A stretch of 64,000 nucleotides of DNA from Candidatus Heimdallarchaeum endolithica (lineage in GTDB: Archaea; Asgardarchaeota; Heimdallarchaeia; Heimdallarchaeales; Heimdallarchaeaceae). Below the pieces are notes generated by a model. It was not told the origin of the DNA, did no database searches, and was given only the letters and a program-made list of their open reading frames with translations. The translations under genes and the position numbers were made by a program. Positions 52,459 through 61,278 of this stretch are shown piece after piece (position 1 is the first letter of the stretch; the number at the start of each line of letters is the position of its first letter). The stretch lies in assembly GCA_021513715.1 (NCBI GenBank), contig CP084167.1:480001-544000 (forward strand). The letters run 5' to 3'.

Positions 52459-53514
52459 GTGGTAAAAATGGTTAAAGTTCAAATTCCTAAACATATTTTT
52501 AAGGCAATTGAAAAACATGCTATTGAATTCAAAGGAAGAGAGATTTATGGATGGTTATTGGGTTATGATGATGGAATTAATTTGAAAGTTATTGCAAGTG
52601 TTCCTTGCAAAATGTATAAAATTCAAAATGAAGTAAGAGCAGAACCATCCACAGAAGAAGCTTTTGAAATTGTAAAAAATATTCCCAAAGGAATAGGAAT
52701 TATAGGTATTTATCATAGTCATCCAAACAAAGTTTATCACAGTGTTACTGATGATTTGACAGTTAAACAATATGCTAATATGTATCCACATTTTTTAAGT
52801 ATAGTAACAAATGGAAAAGAAACTAAATCATTCCAACTGATAGGTAATGATGTTGAACCCATAACTGCAGATGAGTTAAAAGAAGAGACCTTAAAGAAAC
52901 TTTCTTTTAAGTTACATTTAAAATATTATTATGCAGAAGAAGAACTGTCACTAGCTTACATTTCATCAGAGATAAGAGAATTCTTAGAAAAAGAAGTTTC
53001 AAATTTGAAACTGGTGATTAACGGTAGAGAAATTAAAGAAAAGGAAAAGATAGATTCTCTAACAAAATCTTTAATAGAGATAAAGTTGAACAATACAGAC
53101 GTCAACTATGCTGAAGAGAGAAAGAGCGTTTTATTCAATTTTAATTTTGATATGGTTTCTCCACCAAAAAGAATAATTGCAGATTTAAAACCTCTATTAT
53201 TTAATGGAATTAAAGACTCGATGTATTATTATATAAAAAACATAAAAATCGCTAATACCTTTAAACTTCCATATGAATTTAAATTTGAAATTTCTAATAT
53301 TCCTTGGAGATTTAATGTTAAAAAAGAAACATGGGCTCTTATTCAGTTTTTTGATATTTTTGCATTTAGAATTCAGTTTATGTCATTTAAAAATGAGAGA
53401 AAAAGAAACAAAATTCATTCAGAAATAACTAAAATCAAAGAACTTTTAGAAAAAGACAAATCAGCTATTGAGAAAATTGATTTATTATTAGAAGAACTAA
53501 CGAAAAAGATTTAA
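52459..53514 (+). CDS. JAB/MPN+ (JAMM) metalloprotease with C-terminal extension
   Basis: REIYGWLLG ... GIYHSHPNKVYHSVTDD (E...HxH...S..D) intact. Confidence 0.88.
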   Translation: MVKMVKVQIPKHIFKAIEKHAIEFKGREIYGWLLGYDDGINLKVIASVPCKMYKIQNEVRAEPSTEEAFEIVKNIPKGIGIIGIYHSHPNKVYHSVTDDLTVKQYANMYPHFLSIVTNGKETKSFQLIGNDVEPITADELKEETLKKLSFKLHLKYYYAEEELSLAYISSEIREFLEKEVSNLKLVINGREIKEKEKIDSLTKSLIEIKLNNTDVNYAEERKSVLFNFNFDMVSPPKRIIADLKPLLFNGIKDSMYYYIKNIKIANTFKLPYEFKFEISNIPWRFNVKKETWALIQFFDIFAFRIQFMSFKNERKRNKIHSEITKIKELLEKDKSAIEKIDLLLEELTKKI

Positions 53515-53553
53515 AAATAAAAAAGTTATAAGAAGAACAATGGGGATAAAAAA

Positions 53554-53820
53554 ATGGAACCTTTAAAGAGATTATATTTTACAACAATAGTAGGAACAGA
53601 ACACAAACAAATACCATTTGAAACTCCAGGAAGTATAATTTTCCACGAGTTAATTGTTGAAGTTTCAAAAAAGTTTGGTATATCAACTGAACAAATAGCA
53701 ATAAGTAGTGAAATGGGTGAAACTCTAACAGTTTCAGATTTTCAGTCTACTGTAGATGAGATAATAAGAAAATATGGAACAGCTTTTCAAGTAATAAATA
53801 GAGGAGTAGTAGGTTTATAG
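53554..53820 (+). CDS. ufm1: UFM1-like ubiquitin-fold modifier precursor (C-terminal VG-L)
   Basis: 88 aa; FHELIVEVSKKFGI..AI...G...KYGTAFQVINRGVVGL aligns with UFM1 FTAVLKFAAEEFKV..AI...G...KHGSELRIIPRDRVGSC; single Gly, no GG. Confidence 0.85.
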   Translation: MEPLKRLYFTTIVGTEHKQIPFETPGSIIFHELIVEVSKKFGISTEQIAISSEMGETLTVSDFQSTVDEIIRKYGTAFQVINRGVVGL

Positions 53821-53844
53821 TTCAGATAATCGGGGGTTCTAAAG

Positions 53845-54414
53845 ATTAGAGACGGAGATACTTCAACAGTAAAAGGAAGATGGAGAGAAACTCCTGCAGA
53901 AAAAGAATTAGTAAAGTTTCCTGAAGCTCTAATAAATATTACTCCAAAGCATCCTAAATGGACAGAAAGAGTAAAAATAGAGATTCTAAACTTAGCAAAA
54001 TATGTTCAGTTTTTACAGAGAAAAGGAGGACATAGTTGGTTCTTTTTAACGCCTAGTAAAGATCCAAAATACAATTTTATGAAGTGGGAAGGATATCTAC
54101 AAGTAGCTACAAGACCTGAAATTAGATTTAAAATAGTAATTCTTTTACCAGGAAACTATCCTAAATCTTGTCCTAGAGCTTTTATTGAAGAAAGAGTAGT
54201 AGAATATGCTGGAAAGATCTATACCAAGAATGTATGGGAAGAACCAAATGGAGAAAATTTTTTGATGATATGCCATGATCACATGAGTGAAATAGATAAC
54301 ATTTGGGACCCAAGGTTAACGATAGCACACTTTTTCATAAGAGAAGTATTCTATTGGTGGGCTGCACAACAGAACTTAATAATTGAGCACTATGATAGAG
54401 AAAAAAATAAATAA
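53845..54414 (+). CDS. ufc1: UFC1-like E2 (UFM1-conjugating enzyme); start upstream of the track's ATG, probably ATT
   Basis: Frame is open from 53830. WTERVKIEILNLAKYVQ...SWFFL (UFC1 WVQRLKEEYQSLIRYVE...DWFRL) lies before ATG 54079; then YPKSCP, AGKIY, catalytic ICHDH and IAHF. GGGGG SD at 53832-53836. Confidence 0.85.
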   Translation: MRDGDTSTVKGRWRETPAEKELVKFPEALINITPKHPKWTERVKIEILNLAKYVQFLQRKGGHSWFFLTPSKDPKYNFMKWEGYLQVATRPEIRFKIVILLPGNYPKSCPRAFIEERVVEYAGKIYTKNVWEEPNGENFLMICHDHMSEIDNIWDPRLTIAHFFIREVFYWWAAQQNLIIEHYDREKNK

Positions 54415-54591
54415 CTAAAGAATTTCACCTTTTTTTCTTTTTAAAATCTAAAGTTTGTCTACTTTATTAGATAGTTTTAACTCAAAGTCAAGAATAAATA
54501 AAAAACTGGTTTACAAGTGTATAAGATAAAATGTTAAAAAGTTGTTTAATTTATACAAAAAATTTAACTATTTTATTGTTTATATAATTTT

Positions 54592-55629
54592 TTGATGAGT
54601 AACAATTTAGTATTAAATTTTCTGAGATTTCCTCCAAATGTTGATTCCTTTACAGATTACGAAAGTAAAATACATAATGAAATTGAAAATCAATTCAATG
54701 ATACACGTTCATTGCTTCTTGTAATAATGAAAAGTTTGGATGTTGAAGATAAAAAACGTTTTTTCAATATTAAAAAGTTTCTAGACAAATTGATTAGTGA
54801 ATTTAATTCTTTAAAAACAAGAATATTTTCTTTTGAAACAATTGAAGGAAAATTATCTTTCAACCATGAAGTTGTTTTAATTTTAGACTTTTTAATTTTT
54901 GAGCGCTTATTAGATTTTAATAGTACTTTAAGAAACATAGAATCTATAGTTCTACATACTTTGGATAAAGATTATATTCAAGCTCAATCTTTTCAGCTTC
55001 ATAAATCTCTGCAAAAGCTAGAAAATTTGATTAAGTTCCGTAAAGTTGCACATCAACTTACACCATCTGATCAATTGTTCTTACAGTTTTCTGAAGATTT
55101 CAGTGCTCAACTTTCATATCTTGAATCAGTTGGAGTTATTCACCAGTTTGATGAATTAAGCAAGCCTTCTTTATTAGGAAGAAAAGCATATTATGATAAA
55201 CTTTCTCAATTATTTATCTCAACTTGTAATTCTCTACAGAAACAAAATAGGTTGAGTATTCCTTTTCTTGAATTTGTAGATGTTTTTCAGAAAAGATACC
55301 CAAATGTAGAGTTTGCAGTAGAAGATTTGGACAAAATAGCTTCAAAGCTTTCAAAGACAGGGATAATTTCTGTAGTTACTAATACAGACCAATCAAAGAA
55401 AATAATTATTGGTGAAGATATTGCTTTACAACAAGAAATTCTTAAATTAGCTAAAGGGAAAGGTTACATCACTCAAGAAGAATTAATTAGTTCTTTAGGT
55501 AAAAGTATATCAGAGATACAATTAACAATCAAGAAACTTGAAGATGCAGGATTAGCTATCGAAGATGATGATTATGCTTCTGGAAAGAGAATTTATTTTC
55601 CTGGTTTAGAAACAGAAATAAAAAGTTAA
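54592..55629 (+). CDS. ESCRT-II Vps22/Vps36-like (EAP30) protein with N-terminal helical extension
   Basis: LGRKAYYDKLSQLFISTC...EDLDKIASKL...ILKLAKGKGYITQEELISSL...LEDAGLAIEDD...IYFPGL parallels the tandem winged helices of SNF8/Vps22. Confidence 0.75.
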   Translation: MMSNNLVLNFLRFPPNVDSFTDYESKIHNEIENQFNDTRSLLLVIMKSLDVEDKKRFFNIKKFLDKLISEFNSLKTRIFSFETIEGKLSFNHEVVLILDFLIFERLLDFNSTLRNIESIVLHTLDKDYIQAQSFQLHKSLQKLENLIKFRKVAHQLTPSDQLFLQFSEDFSAQLSYLESVGVIHQFDELSKPSLLGRKAYYDKLSQLFISTCNSLQKQNRLSIPFLEFVDVFQKRYPNVEFAVEDLDKIASKLSKTGIISVVTNTDQSKKIIIGEDIALQQEILKLAKGKGYITQEELISSLGKSISEIQLTIKKLEDAGLAIEDDDYASGKRIYFPGLETEIKS

Positions 55630-55638
55630 GGTGAAAAA

Positions 55639-56286
55639 ATGTCTTATATTGTAAAATTAGGAATAAATGAAAAACAAGAAAATAACGTAGCTCAAAGTGA
55701 ACTTTCAGAAGAACTAGTAGCCTGGGTTTTTCCCCATGCACTAGAAAAATGGGAAAAAATAAACTTAAAGAAAAGAAAACAAATATTGGTTAAACTTAAT
55801 GAAAAAGCACTCATTTATAATAAAGAAAACTTCATACAAGAGCTTTCAAGTGGTTTGTACAGAGTAAATAGGAAAGAAGGACTTGAAGATCACAAGATAG
55901 TTTTCTTAGAAAAAAACCTCATTACACTTAAATGGGGAATCCCACAAATGCAAGGAGTTTTAACAAGTGACAATATAAAAGTAGGAGCTTCAGGAACAGT
56001 TTCTCTAACTTTATCAGGAACCGAAGTATTTGTTCTAAACGTTCTGAAAAGTAAAACAAGTTTTTCAAGAAAAGAACTCCGACCAATAATAAATAATATT
56101 GTTAAAAGTGCGTTAAGAGAAGTTTTTCCCCAGTATTCAATTGAAGAATTACAAAAACTAAGTAAGGATGAATTGCTTATGTTCTTTGAACCTATAATTG
56201 TAGAAGAATTACAGAAATTAGGTTTTAGCAGTCAAGATATATCACTCGGTGCATTAGGTATTCCTCCAGAATACAGGATTTTATAG
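55639..56286 (+). CDS. SPFH/band-7-like domain protein
   Basis: LVAWVFP, VKLNEKALIY, GLY, LKWGIPQ, VGASGT and IVKSALRE pattern; GGTGA SD 10 nt after the previous stop. Confidence 0.6.
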   Translation: MSYIVKLGINEKQENNVAQSELSEELVAWVFPHALEKWEKINLKKRKQILVKLNEKALIYNKENFIQELSSGLYRVNRKEGLEDHKIVFLEKNLITLKWGIPQMQGVLTSDNIKVGASGTVSLTLSGTEVFVLNVLKSKTSFSRKELRPIINNIVKSALREVFPQYSIEELQKLSKDELLMFFEPIIVEELQKLGFSSQDISLGALGIPPEYRIL

Positions 56287-56424
56287 AAAAAAAGTAAAAA
56301 AGGCTTTTCAGGGATATTAACAGAAAGAAAAAAAAATATTCCCTTAAAATAGCCTAAAACACCCTTTTTTGTGCTTTTCTCAGTAATACAACATGTTTTT
56401 ATTTTGAAAAAATATTCTAGTTTC

Positions 56425-57270
56425 ATGTCATTAGAATACAGTTGTATACTTCCACATGGTTTTAATCTAATACCAGATCTTAATCCAGAACAAGATGAAA
56501 AATCAGCTAAACTTGCTTTAGCAATTTCTTCTATTGCTGAGCAAATAGTTAACAAAGACCCCGAAGTAATAATTATTGCTTCTCCTCATAATTTGAGAAT
56601 TAGTGAAAATATAGGAATTGTTACCACAGAATGGCTAAAAGGGTCTTATAAAGAAAAAGATACGGAAAAAAGTGCAGAAATGGAATGGAAGTGTGACAGA
56701 AAACATGCTTCTAAGCTTTATATCAGAGCAAAAAATGAAGGTATCCCTGTTGTTGCTGTAAATTTTGGGGCGAGCGAAGGACCATTGTCGAATATACCTT
56801 TGGATTGGGGAACATTTATTCCTCTATATTTTATTAAAAAAGCTTACGAGAAAAGTAAAAAAACTGTTCCCCAAGTCGTGTTAATTACGCCAAGTAGAGA
56901 CATTGATTGGAAATATTTAGTCAAATTAGGCGAATTAATATACTTATTGAGTATTGAGGAGAATAAGAAAACAGTTTTCATAGCAAGTGCTGATCAAGCA
57001 CATGCACATGATGAAAAAGGGCCTTATGGCTTTGATCCAGCAGCAAAAAGCTTTGATGATCTAATTTGTAAAATGATTACCTCAAACTCGTTAAATGATC
57101 TATTAGGTATAGAACAAGGGTTAATTGAGCATTCAAAACCAGATAGTCTATGGCAAATACTTATTCTTTCAGGAATAGCGGCAAAAGCTAATTTGGTCAA
57201 TAAATCTTGTGTTTATGAGTGCCCTACCTATTATGGAATGATTGCTGCGTCTTTTGAAAGAAAAATATAA
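56425..57270 (+). CDS. Class III extradiol dioxygenase (LigB/Memo-like) family protein
   Basis: ILPHG, DPEVIIIASPH, PLDWGTFIPL, FIASADQAHAH and YYGM; likely start ATG 56425. Confidence 0.8.
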   Translation: MSLEYSCILPHGFNLIPDLNPEQDEKSAKLALAISSIAEQIVNKDPEVIIIASPHNLRISENIGIVTTEWLKGSYKEKDTEKSAEMEWKCDRKHASKLYIRAKNEGIPVVAVNFGASEGPLSNIPLDWGTFIPLYFIKKAYEKSKKTVPQVVLITPSRDIDWKYLVKLGELIYLLSIEENKKTVFIASADQAHAHDEKGPYGFDPAAKSFDDLICKMITSNSLNDLLGIEQGLIEHSKPDSLWQILILSGIAAKANLVNKSCVYECPTYYGMIAASFERKI

Positions 57271-57301
57271 AAGAACCTAGTCATTCATAGATTAGAATAA
57301 G

Positions 57302-58327
57302 ATGTTCAACAAGGAAAAAAAGAAACAACTATTTTTTTTTATTTTTACTCTAGTAATCAGTTTAACACTCTCTATAGTCCTTACAATAATAGAAAAACAA
57401 AATTCAATCTTTAAGATGGTAATTTTCGGTTTTTCCTCTTTTACAAACATAATAACAATTTGTAGCTTTACTTTTCCTTATGTTAACAAAATAGTTATAG
57501 AGTATCTAAAAGGAAGAAAAATATACTATCTTTTCTTATCTGTAGTAATTATCAATCCTTTGTTAAATTGGATATTCATAAATTCCCTAAATGGATTTAT
57601 AGTTGCTTTTCTATCATATTTAGCATGGATAGCATTACCAGTTATTGCTTTTATGCAAGCATATGTAATTGATAAAATCAAGTTTAAATCATTATTACTT
57701 GTGGCAGGAATATTAATTTTAGCATATGGTTTTGATTCAAGGCTTATGTACTCTGTTCTTTCTGGTTTTGATGAGGGAAAATATAGTTTTAGTTCATTGT
57801 GGGTAAGTGCAATTATTCTTATTATATATTCTATTCAGCTAGAAAAAGCAGATATCAGGCTAAGATGGACTCTAAACTTAAGGAAACTTTTACTATCATT
57901 AGGTTCACTAGTTATCTTATTTGCTGTAATAGTTCCTTTAGGATTATACAGTAAATTTCTAGTTTGGTCTCCTGATTGGCCAGGATTTGCATTATTCATT
58001 ATCTCATTTGTGGGAATATGGTTTACAATTGCTCTTCCAGAAGAACTAATTGCCCGTTCAATAATCCAGTATCAATTATCAGAAAAAACTGTTTCTAAAA
58101 ATAGTAAATATTACAAATATCATAAATGGGTAATATTGGTAGTCGCGTCCTTTATTTTTGGACTAAGCCATTACAATAACACAAGTGCAGAATTCGCTTG
58201 GATCTACATATGTTTTGCTACTTTTGCAGGAATTTTATATGGTATATGTTGGAGATATGGTAATCTAGCAACAGCAATGTTAACACATACTCTTGTAGAC
58301 TGGATCTGGCAGCTTTTATTTAGATAG
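57302..58327 (+). CDS. CPBP (Abi/CAAX) intramembrane metalloprotease
   Basis: Multi-TM; PEELIAR, FGLSH and HTLVD motifs. Confidence 0.85.
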   Translation: MFNKEKKKQLFFFIFTLVISLTLSIVLTIIEKQNSIFKMVIFGFSSFTNIITICSFTFPYVNKIVIEYLKGRKIYYLFLSVVIINPLLNWIFINSLNGFIVAFLSYLAWIALPVIAFMQAYVIDKIKFKSLLLVAGILILAYGFDSRLMYSVLSGFDEGKYSFSSLWVSAIILIIYSIQLEKADIRLRWTLNLRKLLLSLGSLVILFAVIVPLGLYSKFLVWSPDWPGFALFIISFVGIWFTIALPEELIARSIIQYQLSEKTVSKNSKYYKYHKWVILVVASFIFGLSHYNNTSAEFAWIYICFATFAGILYGICWRYGNLATAMLTHTLVDWIWQLLFR

Positions 58328-58334
58328 AGTTATT

Positions 58335-59471
58335 TTATATTACTTCTTTTAAATAGTCAAAAAATTGATCCTTTTCTTTTGCTGCAGAATCTTGGATTTT
58401 TTTGTTCAATCTTTTTTTTGCTACTTCAATAGCTTTTTTTGAGTTATCTATTCCTATCCATCTTCTCTCTAGTTCTTGAGCTGCAAGTAGAGTTGTACCA
58501 GAACCACAAAAACTATCTAAAACAATACTGTTTTTATTAGACGAGGTAGCAATTAGTAATTTCAACAACTCAATATTTTTTTCTGTTGGATAGTTTGGAT
58601 ACTGAGGATCCTTAAATTCTAGAATGTCTTGATATTTCATTCCATCTTTTTCATCTGCATAAATTTTTTTCCTAGGAACACCTGTTTTTGACCATTCTAT
58701 TAATCCTTCCGTGTCAAGCTTCTCCAGTTCTTCAGGAGAGCTTCTCCAATGTCTCCCTTTAGGTGGTAAAATCCCTCTCCATTCCTTTCCTGTCAATCCA
58801 TTTTTTGTTTCTCCAGGAGCATGAAGTGGAATGGTTGTGTATCTTCTTCCATCGCTATCTATTTTTTTGAAAAGGCGAGAGATATCTTCTTGAGTAAAAG
58901 GTTTTTTCTGCTCATTCCAAATATAATCTTTAGTCTTTGAATAAAATAATAACATGTCTTTAATATTACCAAAAGCTTTTCTATGGAAGTTCTTTGGATT
59001 ACATTTTATTCTGGATAAATCATTAATAAAGTTCTCTTCTCCAAAAATTTCGTCCATTATAATTTTAACAAAATGACCTATTTTATAATCTGTATGGACA
59101 TAAATAGAAGCTTGATCTGACATTAATTCTTTAATTAAAAACAATCTTTCTCTTAGAAATTCTATAAATTCATAACCCTTTAGAATATCTGAAAAAGCAA
59201 TGTTTGAAGATAAACTGTTGCTGATTGTATTTGCTCTATCTTTTGAGATTCTAAAAACTTTATTAGTAGAAAATGGTGGATCAATATACACTAAATCTAT
59301 TTTTTCTTTATATTTTCCAGAGTCTAGTAAATATTTCATGACTCTTAAATTTTCCCCAAAAATGAGTTTAGAACTAGAATCACTTCTTCTATTTACTGTT
59401 TTTAATTCTATTTGAGGAATTGATTGAAATATTTCTTCTTTTGTTTTCTTTTTGGGGTATTCTAGATACAT
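58335..59471 (-). CDS. Orphan N6/N4 DNA methyltransferase (beta class, Mod-like)
   Basis: IDLVYIDPPF, YPTEKN and VLDSFCGSGTTL; no adjacent nuclease. Confidence 0.9.
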   Translation of the reverse strand: MYLEYPKKKTKEEIFQSIPQIELKTVNRRSDSSSKLIFGENLRVMKYLLDSGKYKEKIDLVYIDPPFSTNKVFRISKDRANTISNSLSSNIAFSDILKGYEFIEFLRERLFLIKELMSDQASIYVHTDYKIGHFVKIIMDEIFGEENFINDLSRIKCNPKNFHRKAFGNIKDMLLFYSKTKDYIWNEQKKPFTQEDISRLFKKIDSDGRRYTTIPLHAPGETKNGLTGKEWRGILPPKGRHWRSSPEELEKLDTEGLIEWSKTGVPRKKIYADEKDGMKYQDILEFKDPQYPNYPTEKNIELLKLLIATSSNKNSIVLDSFCGSGTTLLAAQELERRWIGIDNSKKAIEVAKKRLNKKIQDSAAKEKDQFFDYLKEVI

Positions 59472-59572
59472 TAGCTAAACCTTACAAAGACTAAATTTAT
59501 TGTCAAAATCATTTACTATTACTGTTATTTTAGTTTTGTCAAATTTCTTAATTTAATAAACTTTTAATAGAA

Positions 59573-60274
59573 GTGCTTCAAGAACTGATTATGATTGATG
59601 GTCTTCTATCATTGATATTCTTTGCAATAGAATTTGCAATATTAATAATGGTAGTGCTTCTAAATAGAGATCACCCATACTTTTGGACTACAATTTCTCT
59701 ATTAGCATTACTTCAACTATATCAGCTATCTGAATTCTTAATTTGTAGTGGAATTGCACCAGCTATATTTATTCGAATTGGGTATGTAATTATTACTTTT
59801 CTTCCACCAACAGGATATTTTCTTTCATCTCAAATATCAGGATGGAAAAATAAAAGTAATATCTTAGGTAAAGATTACATACTGGGATTTATTTTGGGTT
59901 TAGGTTTTGCCATTTACTATCTAGTAGATACGGCTTCTGTTACACTTTTAGATTGCAACCCATTTTATGCAACTTATGATAGTAAATATTCTCTAGCTTA
60001 TGGTATTTTTTATTATGGATACATAATGTTTGGAATAGCGTTATTGTTTTATTCAATTGGCTTTGGAATATACAAAGAACAAAACTATCCTAACAAAAAA
60101 TATGCTATCCTTATTCTAATTGGATATCTATCTTTTCTTGTACCCATGCACTTAATGACTTTAATTGATGTGAGTTGGCTCAAAGTTGTTCCTTCAGTTA
60201 TGTGTAAATATGCTATTCTACTAGCAATAAGTTTGGGAATATTTAGTTTTATAAAAAAGACTAAAACAGAATAA
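59573..60274 (+). CDS. Seven-TM membrane protein (HisKA-7TM-like sensor domain, stand-alone)
   Basis: About seven hydrophobic helices; LYQLSEF...ITFLPP. Confidence 0.55.
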   Translation: MLQELIMIDGLLSLIFFAIEFAILIMVVLLNRDHPYFWTTISLLALLQLYQLSEFLICSGIAPAIFIRIGYVIITFLPPTGYFLSSQISGWKNKSNILGKDYILGFILGLGFAIYYLVDTASVTLLDCNPFYATYDSKYSLAYGIFYYGYIMFGIALLFYSIGFGIYKEQNYPNKKYAILILIGYLSFLVPMHLMTLIDVSWLKVVPSVMCKYAILLAISLGIFSFIKKTKTE

Positions 60275-60289
60275 TTCCTTTTCTTTTTT

Positions 60290-61195
60290 TTAAAGTGGTA
60301 CAGTTACAAATTTCATTTTGTTAATAATCATTAGCCCATTCATTATTAAAGTAGCACAAGCTTGTAAAAAAGCAGGAAAAGCAAAGTCTATAGTTATTTC
60401 ATCTAGAAGCGAAGAGTAGACAGCCAAGAGTTTCTTACTTGAGTTATCTTTTGCAAGAGAGATCAACTTTTTGTAAATTCTATGAGTTGTTAAATCAATT
60501 TCAGGAATTATTTCTCTCCAATTCTTTTGATAAATTTCAATTGTCGTTTCATTAGAATAAATAACAGAAATTGTTGAATTAAGTAGTAAATCTAGTTCCA
60601 ATAACTGACGGACTTGAGGAGTACTAACTAATCTTGTTTCTAAATAAGCAGCTACATAATGCAACATTTCTTCATCTAAAACAACTAAAGATTCAAAAGA
60701 ATTAGCAAGTTGTGTAAACCATGTATCTACAATTTCCTTATTTATAGCACTTGATACTTGGACAGTTATCTCAATAAAGCCTAAACGGGAAACATATCTA
60801 TACTCAATGCTCTGTACCTTAGCAATAACCTCTTCTTCAATAATATAGTGCGTTTGTCTTAAATGATCTTTAATTTTCAAACTTTGGAGGTTAAAAGGAG
60901 AATAACCAATAGAGTCAACATAGACTTTCCTTAAGTCTGATTTCTTTGGCATAGGAATATTTAATCCTTGTTCTTCCTTTTTTTCCTTCTTTTCTTTCTT
61001 TTTAGCTTGTACTTGAGACCTTACATTGAAATCTTCATCAACATAAAGAATTATTGCATCCAAAGAATCCTTGCAATCATGAACATCGACATAAGTTGTT
61101 AATCCTTCAACCCCTATTTCTACTACTAGTTCAGAAGGTATTTCCATTGTTCTCTTTTTACTACAATAGTTGCATTGATATGTAATTACAGCCAT
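60290..61195 (-). CDS. Hypothetical protein with N-terminal Cys/His zinc-binding motif
   Basis: CNYC...HDC near the N-terminus; 301-aa ORF. Confidence 0.6.
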   Translation of the reverse strand: MAVITYQCNYCSKKRTMEIPSELVVEIGVEGLTTYVDVHDCKDSLDAIILYVDEDFNVRSQVQAKKKEKKEKKEEQGLNIPMPKKSDLRKVYVDSIGYSPFNLQSLKIKDHLRQTHYIIEEEVIAKVQSIEYRYVSRLGFIEITVQVSSAINKEIVDTWFTQLANSFESLVVLDEEMLHYVAAYLETRLVSTPQVRQLLELDLLLNSTISVIYSNETTIEIYQKNWREIIPEIDLTTHRIYKKLISLAKDNSSKKLLAVYSSLLDEITIDFAFPAFLQACATLIMNGLMIINKMKFVTVPL

Positions 61196-61278
61196 TTAGT
61201 CTCTAAAAAATTTAATTGTTCTGAGCCTATAAAAAATTTACTAGAAAAAGATAAAAGCAGTTTTTTTACTTGTGTGTA

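Noticed and set aside
53554-53820. Canonical ubiquitin, SAMP or ThiS/MoaD sulfur carrier
   Set aside because: No di-glycine end; the VG-x terminus and the UBA5/UFC1-like neighbours fit UFM1.
53554-54414. UFM1-UFC1 readthrough fusion
   Set aside because: Same frame, but two different stops (TAG, then TAA) lie three codons apart, and a separate SD follows.
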